A stretch of 64,000 nucleotides of DNA. It comes from the human T2T-CHM13v2.0 reference genome, Homo sapiens. The translations under genes and the position numbers were made by a program. Positions 29,996 through 43,337 of this stretch are shown one piece after another (position 1 is the stretch's first letter; every line of letters begins with the position of its first letter). A model generated the notes under the pieces. It worked only from the letters and a program-made list of their open reading frames with translations, was not told where the DNA came from and did not search any database. The stretch lies in assembly GCF_009914755.1 (NCBI RefSeq), contig NC_060931.1; one strand, given 5' to 3'.

Positions 29996-32900
29996 GTAGG
30001 TTTTTGGTTATCTCTGGAAATGGAAATGCTTTACTTTCTAATTTCCCACAATCCAGAGAAGCAATATCTTTTTTTTTTAACTTTAGAAATCTTTTGAAGT
30101 TTTGCATTGTTATACAGCACTTATTCAATGCCGCCCAATCCGAGTGACTTCATCTCACTCGACGACCTCACCTGACTATTCCCTGGCCTCTGCCCTGCCC
30201 AGGGCACACACTGTGGCAGGTGAGTGCTTGTGCATGGGCACACAAGGCAGATGCCTGGGTGTTCTGGGCGTGCTTTTTGCCTGAGATGTTCCATGACCTG
30301 GTCTGGTGTCTCACAAAGCCTCCTCATGAGAAACACCTTTCTTAGGGAAATACCTTGTGTTGCTCTTTTAGAAGATTCCACATGTGGTCCAAGAGGCATC
30401 AGCATCCCCTGGGAGTTCATGAGAAATGCAGCTCAGACCCCCATCCCAGCCCTCCTGAGGGAGAACCTGCACTTCTTGAGATTCCCCCACTGACCTCCAG
30501 GCTTAGGAAAGTGAGAGACACGCTGCCCTAAAGTGGTCCTAGGTATAGATTCAAGGCAGCTGCCCACCCCAGTCATCCAATTCCTTGGGCTATCTTAAAT
30601 TCTTTTCCAGTCTCTTCTACTTAGTTTAAATAAATCAAGTCACACTTTTTCTCCAGGGACTCATTTCCCTCAAACACTATATCTGATGTTTCTGCACCTA
30701 CTGGGTTTTTATGCAGTTATGCAGAGATCACAGGCTGTTTCTATGGATCTTTGCATATTGCAGGAATCTTTTTGATAGTGAGGTAATTTGTGCTGAATCA
30801 AAAGGCTGACATGCAAAGAGAGTATGGTGGCGTGTACTAAAGGCTTTATGGTAATTTTTGTTCCATTTCACCATCTTTTATTCATATGCCATTTTGATTT
30901 TTCTAGAGCGAATATATAGGATATTATCTGAATCCATTTTCTCAAAGCTACGTTTTAACAACATTTAGTTTGGGACATTTATTTCGTATTGAACACACAA
31001 AATGTTTGCTAAATAAAGGCTTCAAATAGCAACCCCTCCCCTGTTTGGTATTTTTTCATTGTTTATCATTGGACTTTTAGAAGTGTAAATAAGATGTGTG
31101 AGTCAAATTCTTTCTTTGTAACTGCTTGAAAAATTCAGTAACCAATTATTTATAATAATTGGAAATTAAATGAGAATCAAAATTCCCAGTGAGTATATGG
31201 CAAGTTTGTTATTTCCTTTCTACCAATAATGAATGATAATGAGTCAAATAAAAGCAATTTGCTTTTTCATGAAAAGTAGTGATGATTATTTTAACAATCA
31301 CAAAATGCTTTCCTGAACATGTTCTTTTATCATTTCTGTAGTATTGAACTTTAAAAAAAGATATCATTGAGAATAAGTGAAGCATGGAACCTGTAAATTG
31401 CCTGTTTTTGAAGCCATCGTGTCCATCATTTTTAGTGAGAGAATAATGTTCTGATATCTCCACTTGACATCTTAGACTCTATTGTGTTATAACTTCCCAC
31501 AACTTGCCAAAGGGCCATTCTAAACTTTTGCTCTTCAATCGGCCATCATTACGGGAATATTGGCTTCCAATTTTTGTGTACTAATATGAATTTGGCTCAT
31601 GAATGTTACTACTCCGACCAACAAAATTCAAATGCTCCACAAAAAGAGAAGAGCCTGTCTAGCACAAAGATCTTTTCAGCTTTTGAGTTTCCTCTTCCCT
31701 ATCAATCATGGGGTTTAATTTAAATTAAAAAGGAAACATTCTTTCAAGATACATAGTGTGAATCAATCAATCAATCGTACAATCTTCCTTTACCTAAATT
31801 AATCACCTTTATAATCCTTTTAGTGGTTCTTGATCTCTTATAGGATACAATCAAAATTCCCCATCTTGATATCTAAAGCTTCTTAAGCTGAATCCCATCT
31901 CCCTTATCACTTCTTTTTATCATCTCTCTCTCTACTTTCCTTTACACATATTCTATTCCAAATAACCTACATGTTATACCCCAAGCCTTACTCAGTCATT
32001 CCTCAGAGCTGCGTTTTTATCTGTGGTTACAAAACAGATCTGCTGTCAGACCAGTCCTGACTTGACCTTTCTGTGAGGTTGCCATCAGGTGTCGGCTGGG
32101 GCTGTGTCTTCTGAAGGATAGGGCTGGATAGGGCTGGAGGAGCCTCCACCTAACTGTCCCCCTTGTGTGGCTGTCAAGTTAGTGCTGGCCTCACACAGGT
32201 TGCCGAAGGGTGCTCACGGCATGGTGCCTGGTGTCTTCCATAGAGATACACGAGTCCAAATCTGAAGCTCTGGTGGCTTTGGTAATCCAGCCTCTGAAGT
32301 CACACACTGTCACTTCCAGTATGTTCTGCAGGCCACTTGTAGCCAGCCCTGATGGAGTTTGGAAGGGAGTGAGTAGCAAGAGGCCTGGGTCCCAAGGGTC
32401 ATCTTGAAGGCTGGCCACTGCAGGGCCTTTGTCCATACCAACAAAGCTCACCCTGGCCCATCTCTGCATGCTTCCTTCCACACCCTGATAGATCCTTCTT
32501 CCTCTAGGAGCCTTCCTGACCCACTCTAGATTGAAGCAACTCACCACACACCTGAAACCCTTTAGCACATACTATCTAGACCAAGCAGGTGGTACATGTT
32601 ATATTCACATGTAGAAGACTCATCCCTGGTTGAGTGACACTCTAGATAAATCACTCAAGGTTCCAGCTCTTAAAAGATTACCTTCCATATGGTGGTATGA
32701 ACAGAGATTCCCTAATGACCACTACTCAGAATTAAGAAGGTAAAATATGCCGCATATAATATATTCAATTCCTTCAACACTGTGTGGCTTTGGCTAAAGT
32801 TAACTTGCCTTCCTCAAGCATGCTTAAATTTGGTGTGAGTAGTAGGTCTGTGGCAACTTTGCAGAGTTTTGTGGAGAATTTCCTATTACAAATTCTCTAG

Positions 32901-33372
32901 GTTGTGAGCTCTGCGGTACAAGTGGCTATGTGAGACTAATGAGACATTAAGATCCTGTTTAAAGGTGCCTGTGGGTCCCTGAGCTATCTTGGGCTCCCTT
33001 CTGAATAAGCAAAAGGGATTAACTTGGGCTCAGTATGATGTAGGTTAAATTTTGACCCAGCAGTTGAACTCTTTTAGAAGAATAAATCTATTGATAGTAG
33101 CGTTGGGCAGTACTCTGTCATCTAGAATGCCCCATTTTCTGGCCAGGCTGGAGAAGTGCATTTTCAGTACTGGAAAGCTGAGTCATTTTCCCCGTTACAG
33201 ATTGAGTTGGACACCTCCTTTGAGGCATCCAAAAATGACAGGGATTTCAGATGAAGCAAGGCTAGAATTGTACTCGATGGACTTGAACTTGAACCTGCAG
33301 CTTCTCACCCTCCCTGCTACAACCCTTGTGTTGGAGTTGCATAACTTCTGGGAGAACCATGCCAGAGAGTTA

Positions 33373-34095
33373 TAGTAGTCCCCACTTATCCTCAGTTTCA
33401 CTTTCTGCAGTCTCAATTACCTGTGGTCAACTGAGATCCAAAAGTATTAAATAGAAAATTCCAGAGATAAACAATTCATAGGTTTTAAATTGCACACTGT
33501 TCTGAGTAGCATTATGAAATCTCACACCGTCCTGCTCCATCCTGCTCCGTCCTGTTCTGGGACATGAATCAGTCCTGTGTCCAGCATCTCAGGCTGTGTA
33601 CACCACCCTCCCATTAGTCAGCAACATCATCTTCTGACAGCCAACCATGGACATCATCATGCCGATGATTCAGGATCACCCAAGCAGATGATCCTGCTTC
33701 TAACCTATTGTCAGAAGGTCAGTAGTAAGCTAACACAACACGATGCCTGTGTCATTCCCCAGACTTCATCTCATATAGGCATTGTATCATCTCAGATCAT
33801 CACAAGAAGAAAGGTGAGTACAGTACAGAAAGATATTTTGTGACAGTGAGAGAGAGAGAAACCACAGTCACATAACTTGCATTGCAGTACATTGTTATAC
33901 ATGTTCTATTTTATTATTAATTCTAAAAATAAAATCTCTTACTGTGCCTCACTTATAAATGACACTGTATCATAGCTATGTATGTATAGGAAAAACAGCA
34001 CATATCAGGTTCAGTGACATCTGCAGTTTCAGGCATCCACTGGGGGCATCCCCTTGGCGTGTATTCTCCCCCACCAAGGATCAGGGGAGCAATTG
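33373..34095 (+). mobile_element. MER44 (Tigger7-derived, TcMar) DNA transposon, ~720 bp
   Basis: Terminus tagtagtccccacttatcc; aaattccagagataaacaattcata; right end ggcatccactggggg...ggatcaggggagcaattg; TA flanks. Confidence 0.85.
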
Positions 34096-37000
34096 TAATT
34101 CTCTGCTAAATTCTAGTCTGTCAGGATACTTAGTGTTTACGAATTTGAATAAATATGAGTAAAAACGAATTATAGAAATGCGGTTTTCCTGCTTTCAAGT
34201 GCAAACATTGACCTCAGTGGACAACTCAGGAAACGTTTCTAGATCCAGCTTCTAGGAGGCCTGTGGCTAGCTGGCTCCCTCTGTATGCAAACCATTCACA
34301 TGCAAAATCTCTTGAGCAATTCCTGTCTAAAAGGGGCTCATAGGCTCCGTGAAATCATGTTTACAGTTTCACCTTGCTTACCAAGGCCTTTTTGGTTCTA
34401 GACAAAAAGTCTATTACAACCCATGTCAAGCTGTGATATTATTCAAATCACTGGAGTCTGATTTCAATGATCGTTTTCTATGCACAGCTTCAGGATACTC
34501 AGCCTATCACCCAGGAGGTGAATGAAGCAAGTCTGAGGTGTCTGGGCTACTTGACTTTCGGGTGATCTCAGGGAACATCTCCCCACCAATTACTTTCAAG
34601 ACTGACTCGCTGACATGGAAATTCCTTATCTGGAATGGTTTCTGTCTGTGGTTGCAATGCTTTTCCAATTTTCATCTACATGAAACTCTCCCAGAAATCT
34701 TAAAATGTAGTTTTTGTTGCAGTAGGTTTGGGGTGATGGCCCCCCATGCTGCTAGTCCACGTACCAAGCACTGGAAGTATTTAAATGCACAAGCCCCTAG
34801 AAAAATAATGCCTGAGACTTTCTAAACGGAAGTCCTATCTGTAGCTCAGGCCATTCCCGTAAGCCCCAGCCTGTGAAGGCTCCCTAGGCACCTGAGGTGG
34901 GCTAGGCCCTGACCTGATTTCATGACTTCTCCCTTGGGTTTTTCCCTCCCCACCTCCCACCCCGCTCCCAGAAGCGAAGAGATGGCTTCACCTTCTTTAC
35001 TCCCTGCCTTGGGCAGTGGCTCCAACATCTTCACACTCTCTCAAGTCGGACAGTTCATTCATCTTATTTCCTCACTCCCACCACAAGTCAGTTACTCTGT
35101 CCTTTGGATGGTGATCATGTGCATGATGGCTGTGTCATGTTTCCCATCTGCATTTAGTCCTCCCCATCTTCATGGCTACTCTGTGCCAGCTACTCTGTGC
35201 CACCCTCATCGCCTCTTGCCTAAACTCTTCAAACCAGTGCAAAAGCGACCTCTTATTTGCTTTTGTAATTCATTCTTCACTGTTTTGCCAAAGGGCCATT
35301 ACAATACATTGACAGAATATTATTACCCTTCCTCAAAATCATTTGTGTCTCTCCATGGCCAAAACCCTTTCACAAGAGATCACTTTGATAAACAATTACC
35401 ACCTGCTCATAGCCTATAATCCAACCATACTGGGAAATGTATCCTTTAGTAGATAGGACCTGCATTTGCAGGAGTCTTTGTCTCCTAATTTTCCTTCAGC
35501 CAGAAACCATCTCCTCCTCCAGCATGCCATAGCAGAACCTAAAAAGTCTGCTTCCCTTCTAAACTTCTGTGTCAATTTCACTTTCTGCAGGAAGCCAACC
35601 CCAATTCCACCAGCCCTGTTCCAAATCAGGAAAACCTGCCCCACCTTGCCTGCCACTAGCTCTGGCTTTGGTAGCATCCTTTTGTTCTGTTAGTGTTGTT
35701 CACTTAAGTTCTTCTTACAAGATTGTAAATTTTGAATTACAAAAACTTTGTTTTATTAATCTTTGTTTCTCCTAAGTCAGCCAGCAAAGAACCTTGTTTA
35801 CAGTAGGTGCTTAATAAATATTTAATCCATTTATCAATTGAATGCAAGCGTTTCTTGAGTGTTTTTTCTTAGATTGTGCGAAAGGAAAGTGTGAAAGATG
35901 AAAGGAAATCCCATAATGAAATAATGAAAGAGAGTGGACAGGGGACGGCTGGAATAGCTGATGTCAAATGTACCTGAAACACAGCTCTATCTGTGAGTCC
36001 TAGAGGGTAGGAAATAACAGTGACCTCATAAGAAACCATTCCTCTCCCTGCTCCCTACTTTACAACCAGATTATATTACTTCTGCCCTCCTTGGGAAATG
36101 CTATGTTAAATGTTATTTTTCTGCAATTTGTAATGACCTTTATATCTGAAAGACAGTTCCTATAAAAACATGAGATTGAGAACCCATCAAACAAGTATCT
36201 CTACCATCAACTAAAATAAGCACCATGGACCCTTCTTAAGAAGTGAGGGTCTCATGTTTCAGGACAAGCGTGTTCAAGTACCACCAGCCAGGAAGGCCAA
36301 CCAGGGCAAGGCTGTGCATTCCAGACCCTCCAGGGCTATGGCGTCAGGCACTTGACCTGTGTTTTAGGCAATTGTGAGTTAATGGAAATGATATTAGCAA
36401 TCATAGGCAATGACTAATATTTACCAAGCATTTAGGGAATTGGATCAGTGACTGCTGGAAATGGAATACAAGAATTAATGTTCCAGGAATTAATAATGAT
36501 CCTCAGAAAAGCTTATGGCTTCATCCACAGGCTTTTGTCATTTTAGTATTAAAGGCAAAGCAATGAAGAGACTGTGGCTCATTCCTCTTTCCTTGAATGG
36601 GCGTTTGCATGTTTCAACACGCTGGAAGGTTACCTTCTTAAAATGCCAGCTCATTATTCGTGTGAAAGTGATCATACATTGGTATTAAATGAAGAGTAGA
36701 GGCTTATCATTTTAGACATGATGGGTATGCTTTATTTACAGATAGTCATCCTTCCAGGAGTTAAATTCACATTGACTATTTTTTAAAATAGTGCTCACAG
36801 CTTAGTTCTGGATATGTTTGCGTTTTCCATCTCTCTTGGCTGCTTGAGAACAGAGCGTCCTTAGGAAAGGACAAGTCCTGTGCAGAATGCTTTCTCCTTT
36901 CTCCCACATTTGCATTTGCGGGGAGAGGCGTGCCTGCTGTTGTGCACTTCACCAGCGACCTCCCACACCCTTGGTTCTGCCCTGGGCTTGTCTTCCTTTT

Positions 37001-37132
37001 TCTTTCCTTCTCTTGAAGGGGTTACAGCCCGAAGCCTGAAGGAAACCAGTCTATAAAACTGGTGAACGCTGTCTGGATAGAGAGAACAGCCCTCGAATTT
37101 TGAAGCGCAGTTTGTGTAAGAGTTTATGGGCT

Positions 37133-38232
37133 CTGGATCATCTGATAGTTCTATTTTTAGTTTTTTGAGGAACCTCTATACTCTTTTTCTCATAACAGCA
37201 GCACCGTTTTGAATTCCCACCAGCAGTGTGCTCCAGGGTGTTTCCAAAATAAGTGAAATCAGGATGTCAAAGAGACACCAGCACCCCCATGCCCATCTGC
37301 AGCACCATTCACGGCAGCCGAGGTGTGGAAACAATGTAAACGTCCATTGAAATGTGGAAACAATGTAAATGCCTTTGACGGATGGTTGGGTAAAGAAAAT
37401 GTGTTATGTACATACAATGGAATATTATTCAGCCTTACAAGAGAAGGAGAAGGCCAGCACGGTGGCTTTTGCCTGTAATCCCAACACTTTGGGAGGCTGA
37501 GGCAGGCGGACCACCTGAGGTCAGGAGTTTGAGACTAGCCTGGCCAAAATGGTGAAACCCTGTCTCTACTAAAAGCACAAAAATTAGCTGGGCGTGGTGG
37601 CGGGCACCTGTAATCCCAGCTACTCGGGATGCTGAGGCAGAGAATTGCTTGAACCCAAGAGGCGGAGGTTGTAGTCAGCCGAGATGGAGCCACTGCACTC
37701 CAGCCTGGGCAACAACAGCTAGAAGAGAGAAGGAGATCCTGCCACTTGTGACAACATGGATGAATCTGGAAAATGTAATGCTAAGTCAAATAAGCCAGTC
37801 ACGGAGGGACAAATACTGTGTGATTCCACTCATAGGAGGTATCTAAAGTAGTCAGACTCATGGAAGGAGAGAATAGAATTGTGGTTGCCAGGCACTGGGA
37901 GGAGGGAAATGAGGAGTTATTAATGAACAGGTATAAAATTTCAGCGATGGGGGTGGGTAGGGAATGAGGAAATACAGTCAAAAAATGCAAAGTTTCCATT
38001 TGACAGGAGGAATAAGTTTTGGAGATCTATTGCACGGCATGGTAACTATAGTTAATAATAATGTATATTTCAAAATTGCTAAAAGAGTAGATTTTAAATG
38101 TTCTCACAACAAAAAATAAGTATGAGATGATGAATATGTTAATCAGCTTGGTTTAATCATTCCACAATGTATACATCCATCAAAACATTCCACTGTAGCC
38201 CGTAAGCATATTCATTTACTATTTGTCAATTT
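37133..38232 (+). mobile_element. Old L1 (L1MA/MB) 3' end with inverted 5' segment (37133-37230, minus), interrupted by an Alu
   Basis: Antisense ctggatca...ttttgaggaacctc...cccaccagcagtgtg, then sense gaaatcagg...atggaatattattcagcc...acatggatgaatctgga. Confidence 0.85.
37452..37716 (+). mobile_element. AluS SINE without a normal 3' end or tail
   Basis: TSD agagaaggaga at 37440-37450 and 37726-37736. Confidence 0.92.
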
Positions 38233-38279
38233 TTTTTCCAAAAAATCATTATGCAAAATGAGTAAGTTCTACAAATCTG

Positions 38280-38405
38280 CTCTACAACATTGTGCCTATA
38301 GATAACAATGCTGGTATTTTGCACTTAAATCTGTTAAGAGAGATGATCTTATATGAAGTGTTCTTACCACAATAAAACTTTAAAAAATAAAAATAATAAA
38401 ATAAG
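38280..38405 (+). mobile_element. Separate L1MA-like 3' terminal fragment
   Basis: tacaacattgtgcctatag...gcacttaaa...gtgttcttaccacaataaaa. Confidence 0.7.
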
Positions 38406-38711
38406 GCAAAGTTTAAAAAAAAATGTTCGTGAGCTCTGGAACTAAGCATACCAGGATTCGAAGTCTGAGTCTCCCAATTACTAAGTGTGTGACTTTGGGC
38501 ACCCACGTCACGTCTGACACTCAGTTCTACATCTGTAAGTGAATATAACAATGCCTAATTTTTCAGCATCATTACAAGAAGTATAGATCCTGCCGCAGGG
38601 TCTTGCATGGGGCAGTAACCAGAAACTTGTAGCTACTGTTGTGTGACTGCCATACTGTCTTTGGCCCTTGTAAGCTATGTGATTTTAGACAAATAATTTG
38701 CATGTCAGTTT

Positions 38712-39019
<308 letters not shown>

Positions 39020-39956
39020 TTTGAGTGTCAGTTTCTATGCCTTAGAAAGAGGGGATTGGACTGGATGATCTATGGGGAGGGTGGTCTAAGACTTTGATGT
39101 GTATGAGTTGTAAAGTAACATAATAGATCCAAATGACACCAAAAGCTTTTGCTGAACCCAGTCAGTTGAGTCAAACAAGTCATTAGTGGAGAACGGAACC
39201 AGCTATTTAAATTAAACACTGGCATGTGCCTGGTTTATTACAGTGGCCCCAGTGCCCAGCATGTTGTAGGCACTCAGGAGACATTTATTTAATGATTGAA
39301 AAGCATCAGTCAGAGCTACAGGACATAGAAAGCACATTTGAAACAGTTGAGAAGATGTAATGAAGTAACAACTTAGTAAAGAATGGACAGGGTCAGGAAA
39401 GCAGGAAAACGTGGTGAAACATTCTGGGATTAGAATCGCAAGAAGTTGCTACCACCCTTTGGCCCAAGGGAGCAGTTAGTGAAACTCAGCAAATGTCTGT
39501 AGTTACAGAGAAAGAGGAAGGACAGGATCTGTGGGAATAAATACCTGAATTCTCTCCTGACTTTTTGATCTCTTGGTCAAGCCTCAAATCTATTGGCCAA
39601 ACCTAACTAAAAGCTGGAGCACAAGGAAATCAGGTTGAGGCTGGTCTGCAGAGGTCACTCTTCCTAGACAAAGAGCAGATGGAAAAGGGAGCAAAAAGGA
39701 TCTGCAGGGACAAGTGAAGAACATACAGCACTCTAAAGAAGCTTCCCATAGAAGCAAATTTGTGTATGTGGGTGGGAACTAGGATATTTTATTTGTTTGG
39801 GGATGCTTTTATTACAGGTAAAAGCAATAACTGCATATTTTGGTCTGAGATGTATTTTTTCTACTAATAAAATTAATAGGCTAATAAGGGCAATGATCAC
39901 CTTCAAAAAACACACAATTTTCGCTAGTTAATGCCAGGTCTGATCAGCACATTTTA

Positions 39957-40157
39957 GATGGATGGATGGTTGAATGGGTCAATGGGTAGATGGATGGTTG
40001 GATGGATGGATGGATGAGGAGGAGGTGGTAGATGGATAGGTGAATGGGTAGGTGGATGGGTGGGTGGATGGGTGGATGGATGGATGGTGAGTGGGTGGGT
40101 AGATGGATGGGTGAGTGGATGAAAGGTTGAGTGGATGGGTGGGTGGGAGGTGGGTGG
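39957..40157. repeat. (GGAT/GGGT)n degenerate tetranucleotide repeat
   Basis: gatggatggt...gggtgggtgggaggtgggtgg. Confidence 0.93.
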
Positions 40158-40486
40158 CTTGGCTAAGTTAGGATTGCTACCTTTAAAAGCATAGCAATGG
40201 TAACATAGAGTATCGGCCAGGCAACAACATTTAGCCAGAAAAGACAGATCCAGAGCAGGGTCTCCCAGCTGGCTTGCAATAAATAAATTACTTTTTCGTA
40301 ATTTTGTCAAAAACGTTCAATGTGCTTGGTTTTAATGACCAGGAAATATCTAGCTGTGTTGAAGCCCCCCATCTCAGGGGGAGGTATTACCTGCTGATGG
40401 TTCTCGGCTTGTTGAAAGTTCACATCCTAAGAGTGTGTGTTGTTGTTAGTGTGATTACAGAAAATCTGCGCCCTCTTTCTAACCTG

Positions 40487-41015
40487 TGTCAAAGATAAAC
40501 AAGGCATGACACAAGGTGGTAAGAACAGATTTTAATCAGCAACAACTATTGCAATAGGGAAAAGAATACAACGTGAACTAAATTCAACTTCCATTTGTAC
40601 AGCAGTGACTGGGCATTTATAAAAGGAGAAGGAAGGAGTGGAGAGAGTTAAGCAGGATTTAGTAGAGTCAGGGAGGTGAAAAACTCCGAGGGTTAGTCAT
40701 GTGATAATGTCGGTGGTGTCTGCGAACTGGCAATTATGGAAGTTAGGATTCCATCCTCCCACAGAGACCAGACACAGAGGCTCTGTCCTCAGGTGTCAGC
40801 TGGAACAAGTCATAAGCTCTTTTGGCAGGTGTGACTTTTCTCTGGCAGGCACTTCTGGTTGGGGGACAGCCAGGGCCATCCTAGGAATGTGACCTTGTTC
40901 TGTTAGAAACTGTGCTAGTGTTTGTTCAAGTCTTTATAGACCGAGCTTAAGGCCTAGTTAAAAAAGGATTCAGAGAAATCTGACTCAAGTTTGGTCAAAG
41001 AGAGAGTCCTTGCCA
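40487..41015 (-). mobile_element. MER31-like ERV1 solo LTR
   Basis: Reverse complement starts tggcaaggactctctctttgaccaaact...ctataaagacttgaacaaacactagcacagtttctaacag; TG...CA termini. Confidence 0.7.
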
Positions 41016-41646
41016 ATTGTTATTCTTTAGGCATTTAGATATCTCTGAATACCCAAACAGAGAATACAGACAAAAAGGAATAAGCAAACTATGTTGTCAA
41101 GGAACAGTTTTATTGTCAAAATGTATCTCAGTGATGATTAATGAATTGGAAAGTTATAAGATGCCTCTATTAATCACTTTTCTAAATGAGTTGAGTTTTG
41201 CAGCACAGCTGAAAATTTTGATTTCATTGTTTAAAGCAAATTTTGGAAAGAACTATTGAGTGCAAGTTAAAGCCGGAAACTCACAGAGGCAAAGAAACAT
41301 AGAGGATGGTCTGTTCCCCTACTGCCATAGACTCTATAAAGAGCTTGTTTCACGGCCTTTGTTTTCAATGTTCCTCCTATGGAAAAAATAATTGCCAGTT
41401 TTCCCACCAATGTGGACACATATATGAAAAGTTTTTGACTCTTCCCAATCATTTGTAAAAATGATACTATCCTCTCCTGTTTTTGCACGCCATTAGAGAG
41501 ATGAGGTGCAAGTGTACCATAGGCCTAGAAACCTTGCAATGTCAGCTACGCACTGTTTATCTCAACTCACATACGCAGATATTTGTTGCAGATTAGGGTG
41601 TTGTCTGTAAAGAAAGAAAAGTGTTCAAAGAAAACCTGCTAGGTGA

Positions 41647-42112
41647 TGTATTTGTTTTCGCTTATTGCTGTTACAAATTACCACAAACTTAGTGACTTAA
41701 AACAACATAAATTTATTATCATATGAGATCCAAAGTCTGAAATGGGCTTCAAGTAGCTCAAATCAAAGTGTCTGCAGGGCTAATTCCTTCTGGAGGCTCC
41801 AGCAGGGAATCTGTTTCCTGCTTCTAGAGGCTTCTACATGTCTTGGCTCACGGCTCTTTCCTCCGCCTTCAGAGCCAGCAATCGCTGCCTGTGTTTTTCT
41901 AATATCATATTACTTGACACCGACTCTTCTCCCTCCCTCTTCCACATTTAAGTACCCTTATAATTAAAATTGAGCCCACGTGGATAATTCAGGATAATCT
42001 CCTGTTTTCAAGCCAACCAATTAGGAATACTAACTCCATCTGCTGCCCAGTTCACGTAACGTAGCCACAGGTTCTGGGAATTAGGATTTAGATGTCTTTG
42101 GGCGGCCTTGTT
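41647..42112 (-). mobile_element. MLT1 (C/D-like) solo LTR
   Basis: attgctgttacaaattaccacaaacttagtgacttaaaacaaca...ggataattcaggataatctc...caggttctgggaattagga. Confidence 0.85.
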
Positions 42113-42923
42113 CATTACAATGAAGCAATTTCCATCTGCTGCAGATTCTAGATCTAGAAGTTGCCACTTGACAACTGCGTGACTTTAGGTAAATCTCCTG
42201 ACACTTAAATGCTTCCCTGGCTCTTCTCATTTGCAAGTTGAAGGCACTGTGTTAGGTAACCTCTGCCATCTCTTTCAGAGCCCTCCAAGTTTGAGGAATC
42301 CTTTTGATCAAAGGTGAAGGTCATGAAGTGTAATTTGCTTTGCCGTGGTTATTGCATTCTCGTTGATTTATTTTTTGGATTGGATACCCATGAAGTCTTA
42401 TGCACATTTAAAGTTAATTATTTCTTCATTATATAATTAAATGTAGATGAGTCCCAGTGTAAAGTGTCAGACGGATAACTTATTCTTTCCAAAAGAAGAA
42501 CAGACTCACTCAGCAGCAGCTTTTCTGCTCTCTCTGGAAAGCAGGTATTGAGTCGTCTTAGATTAACTCATGGTCTTCCTGACAGGATTGGGTATGGATT
42601 TTAACAGATTACAGTCATCTTGGATGCCTTCCAGAAACTGATTCTAAACTGCTTTTATTTTTCATATGAAACACCCAACAACACTGCATAGAAATTAGAT
42701 ACTCCTAAAGTGGATTTGAACCAGTAAAATTAGCTGTAAATATCGAAGCATAACTAAGGTTTAGTGTCTTCTCTTTGTAGGCAATTTGTGCAGCCCTAAC
42801 ATTTCTCCCCTCTGGAGCTTAGCTGTACAATTCTAATCACTACTGTGGTCTCTGCTCAGTGGGCCATCGCTCATGTTTTGAAAGCACTGGCTTTGTCCCT
42901 ATGTGAGCTTGCTAGTTAGTTGA

Positions 42924-43337
<414 letters not shown>

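Noticed and set aside
31714-31729. Perfect 16-bp palindrome tttaatttaaattaaa
   Set aside because: All A/T and short; plausible by chance in AT-rich DNA
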